The notes under the pieces were generated by a model that was given only the letters and a program-made list of their open reading frames with translations, was not told where the DNA came from and made no database searches. Positions 34,774 to 47,024 of a DNA stretch of 64,000 nt are shown in pieces. The stretch's first letter is position 1; each line of letters opens with the position of its first letter. The position numbers and the translations under genes are program-made. Source of the stretch: Takakia lepidozioides (Eukaryota; Plantae; Bryophyta); assembly GCA_030704615.1 (NCBI GenBank), contig CM060731.1, positions 55,242,001 to 55,306,000 on the forward strand, read 5' to 3'.

Positions 34774-37258
34774 AGAAGCTCTGGAATGAATACGTTTCCG
34801 ATCCCAGTCAATGGTGGAACAATCGAGGCAAAAAGGTGAATGCCTGTTGCAAGCATACGCAAGTCAGTAAGCACTAGTGCAATAAGTAGGGTTGGGGTGT
34901 TTGATGGAACAATTCTAGGTTGTCATTGTCAACTGCTAGCAGCAAGGCAAGGATGTATGCATGATTTGTGCAGAGGCATGGATAGCTTAAGGAGCAGGGA
35001 TAGAGTGTGGATCTCGATTCATCCAAGAGGGCCGGATTTCAAGCTCTAGATTACCTATGATTCCCTGTGGATAAATAGCTACAAGAAACTTGCATGGGTA
35101 GATGGTCAACTAAAGGCAGCAGCTGCAGCGGCACAGTTGATAAAATCAGGCACCTCAACCATGACCACAACTTCTGAAAGAGGATCAAGAGAGGGAGTCC
35201 ACAATGCCTCTTCAGACATGTGAAGATGCTTTGTACGGCAGGTAGACTGACAGAGGCTCTACAAACTTTAATTTCAGCAGATTCAAATACGTATGTCTGT
35301 CTCTTACTTAAGTGCATCAAGATGGAAGGTCTGGAAGCTGGAAAGCAGGTGCACACTCACATTATCCAAAGTGGATTCACGCCAAATGTTTTTCTACTCA
35401 ATACCCTTGTCAACATGTATGTAAAATGCGGGAGTATCATGGATGCTCACCAAGTGTTCAACAGAATGCCTCGGCGATCTTTGATCACGTGGAATATAAT
35501 GTTGGCACAATTTACCAAGCATGGGTATGGTAGGAATGCTTCGAAGACCTATGAGCAAATGTTGCGCAAAGGGGTGATGTCACCATGGACCTCTTTCCCC
35601 TTTTCCAGAGCTCCCAGGCTTGCACACGCATTGCAAACACGAACAAATGTGATATGGTTGTCAAAGCTGGAATTGTACCAGATGTCATTCTGAACACTGC
35701 CCTGGTGGACATGTATGCCAAATGTAGGTGCATTAAGGATGCAAAGGGAGTTTTCGACATGAACGAGATGTGGTGTCGTGGAGTGCGATAAACTGGAGGG
35801 ATCAGGAAAGTAATTTTACCATGGTTCCTGAAGGACAATGGATGATGCCGTTAAAAGAAAATCCTCGCTCAAGTGCACGCCGCCAACCAAGCAACCAAAA
35901 TATTTCAAAGTGGGAGCTCACTTGAAGATTACACCAGGTGGGTTTTCTGTTGACAATCCGCTTGTGTATTTTGCAGAAGGTCTGTATTATCCCAAGGATG
36001 GGAAAATGTACATGAAGGGCTATCGACCAGTATATGCCAATTGGACGCTGCTCCAAGACAATGCAGATTCCTTAGATGATGGGCTTGACTGTTCCCTTGA
36101 AATTGTTCTGGAGTACCCCGCAATAGTTGCAAGGTGGCTCACAAGACCAACTGTGAAGATAGACATCACCAGCCGGCGGAATGTGGACAAACCTTTTTAC
36201 TTCAAACTGATGAATCTTGAGACTTCCCGATCAGTTACAAGCGACAGTGAGATGAGATCATTTCTCGGAAGAGTCTGAAAGGGTCATTGAGTGTGGCAAC
36301 CCTAACTCTGATGCTGCTATGTATCGGTGCCCAATTGTCACATGCCAAGCACCATCTGGAGTCGACGCCCTACATCTTGCGTGGGATGCTTGGCGTGTAG
36401 ACTGTGGACTACATAATTCCTCTTATCACAGGTTGGTAAAAACATATTGAACATATATGATCCATTGATGTGCATTTTCTTGATTTATGTTTTCACTCAT
36501 GCAGGCTGGTGGATACAGCTGTCAAGACATCACGGAGTGGCTATTTGCAAGCCTGGGAGCCCTGGAGAAGGGGAAAGAGGTCCATGATGACATCGTCAAA
36601 GGTAAAATTGTGCCAGATGTCATTGTGAACACTACCCTGGTGGACATGAATGCCAAATGTGGGTGCATTAAGGATGCGAACGGAGTTTTCAACACTATGA
36701 CTGAACGAGATGTGGTGTCATGGAACACGATGCTTGCAGGGTATCCACAGCAGGGACGTGGTATGGAGGCCTTGGAGACCTATGATCAAATGATGGGGGA
36801 AGGGGTGAAGCCCGACCACATCACGTTTTTGTGCATTTGCAATGCGTGTGCAAGCCTGGCAGCTCTGGAAAAGGGCAAAGAGGTCCATGGCGACATGGTC
36901 AGAGCTGCAGTTGTACCAAATGTCATTCTGAACAATACCCTCGTGGACATGTATGAAGGGAGTGTTTGACAGTATGGTTGAACGACATGTGGTGTCGTGG
37001 AGTGCGATGATTGCAGGATATGCACGGCAAGCGCGCGGGATGAAGGCTTTGGAGACCTATGAGCAAATGATGTGCGAAAGGGGTGAAGCCCAAACACATG
37101 ACGTTTGTTTGCATTTGCAATGCGTGTGCAAGCCTGGCAGCCCTGGAAAAGTGCAAAGAGGTCCATGGTGACATTATCAAATCTGGAATTGCACCCGATG
37201 TCATTTTGAACACTACCCTGGTGGACATGTATGTCAAATGTGGGTGCATCGAGGATGC
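34774..37258 (+). pseudogene. PDF-motif/PLS-PPR pseudogene paralogous to the 45.6-49.9 kb gene; cut by CACTA at its 5' end and by an LTR at its 3' end
   Basis: EKLWNEYVSDPSQWWNNRGKK, IHPRGPDFK, PPR motifs NTLVNMYVKCGS and DVVSWNTM; frameshifts and a small internal inversion near 35580-35650. Confidence 0.9.
35838..36278 (+). other. Unrelated ~750-bp insert within the PPR pseudogene, containing a 146-codon ORF of unknown function
   Basis: PPR homology stops near 35790 and resumes near 36545; the ORF has non-repetitive, protein-like composition. Confidence 0.45.
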
Positions 37259-40200
37259 TGTTAGAGGACTGTCTGGGACTTAGACACTTATACGGGATCC
37301 GTAGGGTACCCTTAATTTTTGCACAGACTGAGACCAACAGGAGCCTTAGGGGTGACAGCAGCGCACTGTAGAGGGGGGTTACACAGCCCGTCACAGCCAA
37401 CACAGCCCGTCACAGTCCGTCACAGTCGTCACAGTCGACACAGCCAACACAGCCCGTCACAGCCGACACAGCCACACAGCCAGTCACAGCCCGACACAGC
37501 CAAACACAGTCCCACAGCCAGTCACAGCTTGACACAGCTATCACGACCATAGGGAACGGAGAGCAGGACAGGGAACGACTGTGGGAAAACAACACCTGCA
37601 AATGGAACATGTTAGTTCACGGACGACGGTTAGTGAGGGAAACGGTTAGAGCCACGGGTAGGAAGATAAATGGAGAAGCAAGGACTGAGAAGGGGGATTT
37701 TTCTTGGAAGCACTTCTGGGTCATGCATGAGAGGAGATCGGAAGCAAAGATGGAGAGCACGGTGAAGGAGGAAAGAGGATTAGTAGATGCTTGTTATATG
37801 CAAAACAATAGTGATATAGTAGAGCAGATTAGAGACACAATGGCTTCGGCCTGATACCTGATAAATCATAATCTGATACTTATACTATACAATCACACTG
37901 TGTAGAGAGATCTGAGTGAAGCTGTGGAATGAATGGATGAGTTGATGGAATCCGATAGATTGATGAAGCAAACTGATACTTAATTATCAAATGGTAAGGT
38001 AGTTAACATGAATGCGGAAAGGGAAACAAATAGGAAACACCCCCATGATACACTAGCTGTAGGTCATGACTGATTGTTCTGCGCGGGCTGAGTACTTAGA
38101 GATTTCCAACTCTTCTATCTTGGAGTTTCCGCCTCGGATAGCGAAGGGATGGGTGAGTAAAAGCCGCGCGACATTTGGCGACCATACTGGGGAACTGAGT
38201 CATGAACAACCAGATGTGACAGGCATCTGGTGGGATCATGGTGGTTGGACCATTAAAGAATTTGAAGTGAATCAAATTCCCTGTGGAACGAAGGAAGAAA
38301 GATTGTCCAAACAATTCTTTCAAAGGTTCTTGGAATTGCCAGACGGTTGTAAAGAAAATATTCTTAAGCGAGTGCATAATGCTGATCCGGAATGGGGTCT
38401 GGAGAAAGGAGTGATAAAGATTTATCAGGTAGCCTGTAGAGGAAGAGCACGTTGGTTACCAACGTTGGTTTATGTGATAGCATTGCTATCCATTAAGCGA
38501 GTAGAGTTTGAAGGTTGGGAAGAAAGAAAGGTGAATGTTTATACTCATATGCATGAAGAGCTTGTATTAGTAAAGAATTGGATTCCAAAGGATATTTTGT
38601 GGATCAAACTCACACTGTTAGAGGACTGTCGGGGACTTAGACACTTATACGGGATCTGTAGGGTACCCTTAATTTTTGCACAGACTGAGACCAACATGAG
38701 CCTTAGGGGTGACAGCAGCGCACTGTAGAGGGGGGTTACACAGCCGTCACAGCCCGTCACAGTCGTCACAGCCGACACAGCCAACACAGTCCGTCACAGT
38801 CGACACAGCCGACACAGCCCGGCACAGCCACACAGCCAAACACAGTCGCACAGCCAGTCACAGCCCGTCACAGTTTCACACAGCCAGTCACAGCTTGACA
38901 CAGCTGTCACGATCATAGGGAACGAAGAGTAGGACAGGGAACGACTGTGGGGAACAACACCTGCGAAGGGAACATGGTAGTTCACAGACACGGTTAGTGA
39001 GGGAAACAGTTAGAACCGCGGATAGGAAGATAAAAGGGAGAAACGGGGAATGGAGGGAGATCATTTAGAGGAGGACTTCTTGGTGATAGAGGAGAGGGGA
39101 TCGGGCAGAGATGAAGAACGGAAGTGAAGATAAAGAGATGATGAGTAGATGCTTGATATATGCAAGGCTGTAATGATATTGGAGAGGAGATTAGAGGAGG
39201 CAGGTACCATGTTGAGGGAATTAATTACTTTCCAGGTTGTACATGGATTCATTTATACCAAGACCAAGGAGGTAGCAAGTATTGTCATGGGATGCGGGTT
39301 ATACTACGCTGCTTGTTTTCTGGTACGTTATCACATTGAGCAACAAAAGATGCAAGCGCGCTTTCTGAGTTATTCCAGTGGGGATCATTGGGTCTTACCT
39401 TCAGTGCCACCTCATATATACCTAAATGACGCAAAAGTTATGATGCAAAAGGATTCTCAAATTCGTTCATGGTTTCAAGCGGCCTGGAACAATTTGTCAA
39501 CACAGAAATTCGGCATTGACGATATTTTCTATAAGGGACATGTGGCATGGAAATACTTGCACGTTGCATAAGTAATTGGTACCCCACTCACCTGGACAGA
39601 CAAGGAGCTCAGTGTCTACACCAATTTTGCTGTTCAGCGGTTACACCAAGTTGTAAAATATAAACTTCCAGACATGGTAGGACAACATTGTATGCCCCAG
39701 AGGATTCCACAAAAAGTTCGAAAATTAAAACACCTGAGAGGCAATGAGGATTCTGATACAACTGTTTCTTCACCGAATTCTTTTGACATGGGAGAAGACT
39801 ATGCAATTCAGATGGCAGAGAAGAAGCGACGGGGGTCTCCTATGCCTGAAAGGTTACCTCGATATCAGCCTCTAGAGGGCCTCACTTATCCAGGTAGTGT
39901 TCAAACATCTCCGTCAACCAGAGACAGACCTCGGGCTCGTACACACAGTCCGCCACGAAATTCTCAACGTCAGAAAGGTGCTCACTCACAAAGGTTTGCT
40001 AATCGCAAAAACCGTGAGGACACGGCTTTTTGAGAGGGGAAGGGGTAATGTTAGAGGACTGTCTGGGACTTAGACACTTATATGGGATCTGTAGGGTACC
40101 CTTAATTTTTGCACAGACTGAGACCAACAGGAGCCTTAGGGGTGACAGCAGCGCACTGTAGAGGGGGGTTACACAGCCCGTCACAGCCCGTCACAGCCGA

Positions 40201-40795
40201 CACAGCCAACACAGCCCGTCACAGCCAGTCACAGCCCGACACAGCCAAACACAGTCCCACAGCCAGTCACAGCTTGACACAGCTGTCACGACCATAGGGA
40301 ACGGAGAGCAGGACAGGGAACGACTGTGGGGAAACAACACCTGCAAATGGAACATGTTAGTTCACGGACGACGGTTAGTGAGGGAAACGGTTAGAGCCAC
40401 GGGTAGGAAGATAAATGGAGAAACAAGGACTGAGAAGGGGGATTTTTCTTGGAAGCACTTCTGGGTCATGCATGAGAGGAGATCGGAAGCAAAGATGGAG
40501 AGCACGGTGAAGGAGGAAAGAGGATTAGTAGATGCTTGTTATATGCAAAGCGATAGTGATATAGTAGAGTAGATTAGAGACACAATGGCTTCGGCTTGAT
40601 ACCTGATAAATCATAATCTGATACTTATACGATACAATCACACTGTGTAGAGAGATCTGAGTGAAGTTGTGGAATGAATGGATGAGTTGATGGAATCCGA
40701 TAGATTGATGAAACAAACTGATACTTAATTATCAAATGGTAAGGTAGTTAACATGAATGCGAAAAGGGAAACAAATAAGAAACACCCCCATGATA
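37259..40795 (+). mobile_element. Nested gypsy pieces: full LTR 37259-38173, PBS 38176-38193, 5' ORF to 38615, second LTR 38616-~39193 fused to 3' extension, PPT, truncated LTR 40049-~40795
   Basis: TGTTAGAGGACTG starts at 37259, 38616 and 40049; internal parts match other copies in the window. Confidence 0.9.
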
Positions 40796-43324
40796 ATTTT
40801 CACAGTTAGAATGACAATAGGGCAGAGCTTGCATGTACTGCATGCAATTTTTATACCATACAGTCTGGAGAGTACAGATCGAAAACAACCCTGGCATCCG
40901 GAAGATGAAATTGGCACGGCAGGGGTCCCCTTAGATGTGGTCTAGACTGCAGGCTAGTGGAAACACTTCTGCTTCAAACAACCCTGGCAGCCCTAAGGTG
41001 AAATTGGCACCACGGGGGGGTCCCTTAGATGTGGTCTGGACTGCAGGCTAGTGGAAACACCACTTGACCCAAAGGCAAGAACAGAAGACATGGAAACTGA
41101 GAACCACAAACAACACTTGCCCCCAAATTCAGCTTTTAATATCCCACCAGCTCTGCAAACTCAGGTCCAGCAACTGGTGCTACCGTCAACTCCGAAGCCA
41201 ACTTTGCAAGTTTCGAGAAGGACACTTTGAAAGATGAAATAGAAACTATTGTGGATACTGCTGGCACAAACAGGTAATGAATATCATTCCTCTGGAAACT
41301 TACATACAAGCAGAATCACACCACAGGATTACAATTCAAGATGTGGACAAGGTCTCTCTCAACTATGTAGCCAAACCAGAATGATAGATGGCTATCAATA
41401 TCAACCACCTCCTCACCTCATGAGTGGACTGTATTTAATGAGGTGCGCAATGTAGCAGAGGTAATCAATCCCCAATGACCTCTCAAGTGTACCTGAAGCC
41501 CTTATTTTGCGGTTTCCAGAGGAACACATGCACTTTCGTATAAACTGAATATACTTTCGGATCAGTTTATAGGCCTAATGTACTGCTTTTTGGAAGGAGC
41601 TCTCCTCAAGTGGATATCAAACTTACAATTATGATATCCATGGGTACTTAATGCTGACCTCCTAGTAATGATAGCATGCATAAAATTACCACTCTGTTAT
41701 GTGCACAGTACAAGTTTGAGGAGTCTAATAAACAAAGGTGTCACCAACATCCATCGTAAGTCAGGATATACAAACCTGGGATGGAAACTTTGATGAGTCA
41801 TCTCAAAGCATTCCTTGGTTGGCTCAAATACCATTTCCCCTTCAAAAGAAAAAGAAAAGGGATAAATTGCTCAATTTTCACCTGAAAGATAGTTGACTGC
41901 TACAGATGGCTCCAGTTGATGATATTTTTCAAAGGTGGAGTAGATAGAATATTATCACCTCAAAACTGTAGTGCCATGCCACAAGTTGAAACATGGATAG
42001 AATAATTTGAGATAGTCCTGTCAGGTTGTTCCAAGTGCCGCATGCTACGACTAAAGAGTTACTTTGGAGCTAAGGTGAAGGCTCATTAGACTTTGATCAA
42101 GATGTCACTTTTAGAACCCAAGGACTTCTCCTGGTCTGGCAGACAATTGAGCAAACCTATAAATATAGGTTGTACCAGTGATATGCTCCATGAAAACCTA
42201 GCAGAGAGGGTGACAGAGCTGAAAAGATCATGCATGGAACCCTCTTGCAACTTTTCAAAGCAAATGAAAATCAATGCAGATGTCTAGTCCAAATGACTGG
42301 GCTGTCACAATGAGAACCAATGCACCTAAAAAATGAGTCAATCCAAAATTCAGTTTCCTATGGGAGATCCATGAATGAACAACACCTGGTTGCAGCCAGT
42401 CCAAAGCTTGCTTGTGCTAGGAAGTGCCAAGTTTCCATAAGGTCAGGACCCCACCATGAACTTCGAAGAATTCAACACAGGTGATTAGTGTCCCAAGGGA
42501 TGAAATTTACAGATCCTCCAAACATCCTGCCAAGCATGATAATACGTGTGCAAGCAATACAAACCATTGGCAAGCGTATTAGTTGCAAAAACTGCAATCC
42601 ATGCATGACCCATGGCAAGGACAAACACCCACAGTCCCCTGTGGTATGAGTATGAAAGACCACAACAGATGAGGCAGGACTTCACCCTGAAACCGCTCAC
42701 TCAGGTTTGGGTTTTCAACTTTGGCAAAGATATTGCCAGACATGAAAGAGCATTAACTCACTGTGCAGAGTGAAACAGATTAGGACATAACATTAATCGC
42801 CATGGCTGTAATCTGTGTTGCATCCAATAAGCAAAGTTGCATGGGACCATTGGGACTTCCCCGGGCTTCGCTCCATGGAAGCTGCAGCAACCATTGACCG
42901 CACTCCACACTGGTCAGTAAGTGAACTACCACCACAACATCTTACTACCCTCCCCTAATAGGGCTCTACACATCAAGTAACAGACAATCATTCACTCCCA
43001 GGATCATTCCTTCGCCGACTCCTCAGGCTAAATAGATGTGCAATGAGCACAGGCTACTGTATGGGGCTGCTAGGAGGACGGTCAGCTGTGATTTTGCTCG
43101 GGTACCCTGTGGATTAAATCAGTGCTTAATACTTCAGTTCTTGCTCGAGTCTAAGCTCAAGATTGCAACAAGGACTTATACACAAAACATACATTTCAAT
43201 GAAAACTTCCAATTGGCAAATGCTAGCAATAACACTCAGTATGAGCAATTTCCATGCCCAATCTTGAAATGTTTTGTGCTTGGATCGTCCATAATGGCTG
43301 TCTACAATGAATTCAAGAGAAGAA

Positions 43325-44647
43325 CTACCTCCATCTCGTGCTACCAAGATGAATCACATCCTCACTACTCGCCGTTTTCGACCGGAAAGCAGTCTCATTG
43401 GTATCCTTACTCTTCTTGTCGCTGGCATCCCCATATACATCCAAAAGCTTCTTCAAATTAGTTGATGCTTGAGGGGCCTTGGGTGGGCTTTTCGAGCTAG
43501 GTCGCCTGGGACTGTGGCGCCGTTCCAAGTCATCATAACGTCTTTCTCTCTCTCTATCTTTGCCCCTATCCCTCTCAACACTCCATTCCCTCCTCCTATC
43601 CCTATCTCTCTCACTGTCTCTGCCCCTTGCCCTGTCTCTTGCTCTGTCCCTTTCAGTCTCTCTACCCCTATCATCCCGAACCCTAGCATGCTCCCTGCTG
43701 CCCTCTCGTTCCCTGTTATCCCTACCCCTGTTTCTACTTCCCTCGCGATCACGATCTCTGTCCCTCTCCTTGGCCCTCTCCCTCTCATAATCTCTGTCGC
43801 GCTCCCTCGCTGCACTATCGGCTTCACGGAGCCTCTCCCTCTCTCTAACCCTATCTCGTTCTCTCTCTCGATCTCGACCATCTCTGTCACTGTCGGCCCT
43901 GTCTTGAGTCTTCTGTAACCGGCGTGAATCATCTCCGTCATGGCGCAGCGGCTCGCGCACTGGGGCGCTTCGCCGTACGGGAGACGAATCGCGAGTGAAA
44001 GCTCGGTGTGGAGCTCGCTGCCCGAAGGAAACGGAGAGTGCAGCTTTCACGGAAGGCGGCCTTCGTGCAGTATCATCGCCGCCATGGCGGCAGCTCGCCC
44101 CTGTAACCCCAGCAGGCTGTGTTGGGAGCTTCATGCGCTCCAAATGTGCAGTGATCTGACGTAGTATAGGCACAGGGATTCGTGGAAAAAGTGTGTCAAA
44201 ATAGTACTGGTCAAGAAGGAGGTCACGCACGTACACACCCATGCTGGTCACTCTGCCATTCGACCCTGGAGCGAACTCCTCGTCATCTGTTACATACTGC
44301 TCAAACCAGTCCCATAGCGTCTTTGGATCTCCGACATACCTGAGGTATAGAAACCCTATTGCACGGATGTATGGAGAGTCCCCATGATTCAACAGACCTT
44401 GCATCTGCTTCACAGTAAACTTCATGGTGAAGAGCTTGTAGAGGAGACAGAACGCCGTCGATGGCCCTCGGCAGTTCCCAGTCATCCATGGCTCCACATG
44501 GTCCACCTGATTGTAGATCTCATCGATGACCTCATGGTATGTTTTCAGGCCGTAAAGCTCCTTGAAGTAATCAGACGACAATATATTGGTGCACAACACT
44601 CTCTCAAGCAGCGCATCCAAGGGTTTCCCGCAGGTCTGGACCTCCAT
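43325..44647 (-). CDS. PRP38: Pre-mRNA splicing factor PRP38B-like (plant SRL1-like), 440 aa, single coding exon
   Basis: PRP38 domain (NILSSDYFKELY...YNQVDHVEPW...STAFCLLYKLFT...DSPYIRAIGFLYLRY) followed by an RD/RE-rich tail. Confidence 0.93.
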   Translation of the reverse strand: MEVQTCGKPLDALLERVLCTNILSSDYFKELYGLKTYHEVIDEIYNQVDHVEPWMTGNCRGPSTAFCLLYKLFTMKFTVKQMQGLLNHGDSPYIRAIGFLYLRYVGDPKTLWDWFEQYVTDDEEFAPGSNGRVTSMGVYVRDLLLDQYYFDTLFPRIPVPILRQITAHLERMKLPTQPAGVTGASCRHGGDDTARRPPSVKAALSVSFGQRAPHRAFTRDSSPVRRSAPVREPLRHDGDDSRRLQKTQDRADSDRDGRDRERERDRVRERERLREADSAARERDRDYERERAKERDRDRDREGSRNRGRDNREREGSREHARVRDDRGRETERDRARDRARGRDSERDRDRRREWSVERDRGKDRERERRYDDLERRHSPRRPSSKSPPKAPQASTNLKKLLDVYGDASDKKSKDTNETAFRSKTASSEDVIHLGSTRWR

Positions 44648-45614
44648 GTGAAACTACTTCAAACCGAAACTCAAAATACAAATCTCGGCCGCCTAACCCT
44701 CCTCCTCACAACCATTTGAGCATCAGCCAAGTACAAATCTTCCTAGACTCTGGAAGTGAACTGCTCATCTGTGCGGTGTGCTATGGCGTGAAGGTTAAGC
44801 GGAGGTGAGCTATGCGTAGCATCGCGTGAAGGTGGAGGGTGAAGGTGAAGGGAAGTAGAATGAATGTATTTTGGTGGATGTGGATGTGGTACCGGATGTC
44901 TTTACTGAGATGGATGCAACATAGTTATGTAAACAGGACGTGGTTTTGAAAATGGGATGCAACATAAGGAGGATGGAGTATAGCTTACTATGCAGTACCG
45001 TGGTTACGAGTTGGATTGACATAAAGATTTGGTGTTTTGTGGGGGGTGTTATACGTTCCAGTAACTAGTGCTCACCCAAATCCCCCCCCCCTTGGAGTCC
45101 TCGGGAAGGACTAGCTAGCGCTGGCAGGTGGTGGGGTGGATACAAGCAGGTGCCATGGTTTCTTGCATCGCCTTGCAACTAGACGCACCAAAACATACGT
45201 TTCTGCCTCTTTCGATGGCACCGTTTTCCCGCCTTCTCCTGCACGCTCATGCCCGCTTCATACGCAAGCCTCTGTCCTCTCTCTTGGGTCATGCTAGAGG
45301 CCTCGCGTTATGCAGATACAAGGCTGGGCTGTGGAGCTGAACGCGGCATCCCCCTTGGCAATGCGCAGAGGACGGAATCCCTTGCATGTGGTGGCTATGG
45401 CTCCTTCAGGGTTGCCAATCAAATTAGGTAATGCCACGAAACACTTCGCGTTTCTATTTTTTGGGGTCTTTGTGTAGCATGTATGCGTCGTCGGATCCGT
45501 GCTCTTGCGCGCAATTCAGCAGAAACGAATGCACTCTGGGCAAGGAAGCAAGAAATCACGAGATCAAGAGGCAAGGCCTATAATTGATATGTCTGGCGCG
45601 TAGGTCAACGCTGT

Positions 45615-47024
45615 AGCATGGAACAGCGCCGGCAGGAGTTCCTTAAAGATACTTCACAATGGTGGGAGATGGACAGTAGCGTTGACAAGGTGAGCTTTCG
45701 TTATGTAGGATGAGAAGGAGTCCGAGGGAGTTTGATCGTATTGTGTGGGCTGGAGTGTACCGTTGTTGAGTGAAGTTAGAAACTGCTGTTACTCGTATCG
45801 AGGTTGTTCTTCCTGAGCAGGGTATGAAAGTAGGATACGCGAGGTCTTTTCCCTGGAGTTTGCAAGGTACTTGGGAGGGTTGAGACTGTGGCTCCTCAGC
45901 TGTTCCCTGATCGTTTTCACAGACCACGTCCCCAGACTACAGACATAAGCTGGTGCAGCATATGGTAAGTTTGGAGATGTTCGGATGTTCCTCATCGTGT
46001 AGAGTCCAATGGGTCAAAAGTTACTTGCTTGAATGTTGTAGAAAGCTCACTCGCACTCCTCCATAATGGAACTTCTCAAAATGTTGATGCTGTCGGATTT
46101 TCTGGCACAAAGGTCTACTGTGGAGCATGGAGCAAAGCATGTGCGAGTTTTTTAAAGATTCTTCTCAATGGTGGGACAACCGCAATCCCAAGGTGTGGCC
46201 ATCTTAATATACGATGTGAAGAAGTTCGTCCATCCTGCAAATGTGGACTCTTCCTGTCAGTATCATGATCTGGTATTTTTCCTGGTGTTTACAAGGTACT
46301 TGGGAGGGTCAACTCCGTCTAAAGATGCTGAGTTTAAATCTATGGCTGCTCAGCTGCACCGTGGTGGTTCTCCTCACAGACCAGTCCGAGATCACCTGAC
46401 TACAAACACAAACAGCACACACAAGAGGTCCTTTTGGGTTGATGGTCGGTTGAACCCTCCATGGGTGAAAGGAAAGCTAGCTGCTTCCATGACACAAGGT
46501 CAAGGACAATGTGGTGAGGGCACCTTCTTCAACACATTTCAGTCCGTTTTGCTTTCTTATCAGAGTCGTCCCCAATTTTTCATTTTGAATTCTGCAAGTA
46601 AGCTGGTTGGGTGGATCTATGGTGGTTTGGACTGATTTTGACATGTTACTGCCAATGTGGCAACAGGAGAGTATCCAAAAACAGATAACAGACATGAGGA
46701 GAAGCTTTGGAATGAATATTTTTCCAACCTCTGTCAATGGTGGGACAATAGAGGCAAAAAGGTGAATGCCTGTTAGATTACAGAGAGAAGCAGCCAACAA
46801 GATGCAATGCAAAGCTTTGTTGGAAATTGCCATCCTCTGTCTCCCCAGCATATGTTTTGAAGTCTTCGGGGACAAATTCAGCATTGGAACTAGTGTGTGA
46901 TGAGTAGGGTTGGGGTGTTTGCTAGGACAAAATTAGGTTGTTATTGTCAGCTGCTAGCAGCAAGGTGAGCATCTATACATGATTTATGGATAGCTGAAGG
47001 AGCAGGGATAGGGTGTGGGTCCAG
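45615..47024 (+). other. Upstream exons of the PPR gene encoding OSB-type PDF motifs (partly degenerate)
   Basis: EFLKDTSQWWE...K|TTSPDYRHK; EFFKDSSQWWDNRNPK|TSPRSPDYKHK...FWVDGRLNPPWV; exon 46667-46761 EEKLWNEYFSNLCQWWDNRGKK; all with GT-AG boundaries. Confidence 0.65.

Noticed and set aside
34223-34877. GC-rich ORFs near the CACTA end
   Set aside because: They overlap the subterminal GTCGC/GCGAC repeats and show no protein motifs.
40796-43300. Possible decayed element, and a ~95-bp direct duplication at 40885-41060
   Set aside because: No recognisable domain or termini by eye, so no call can be supported.
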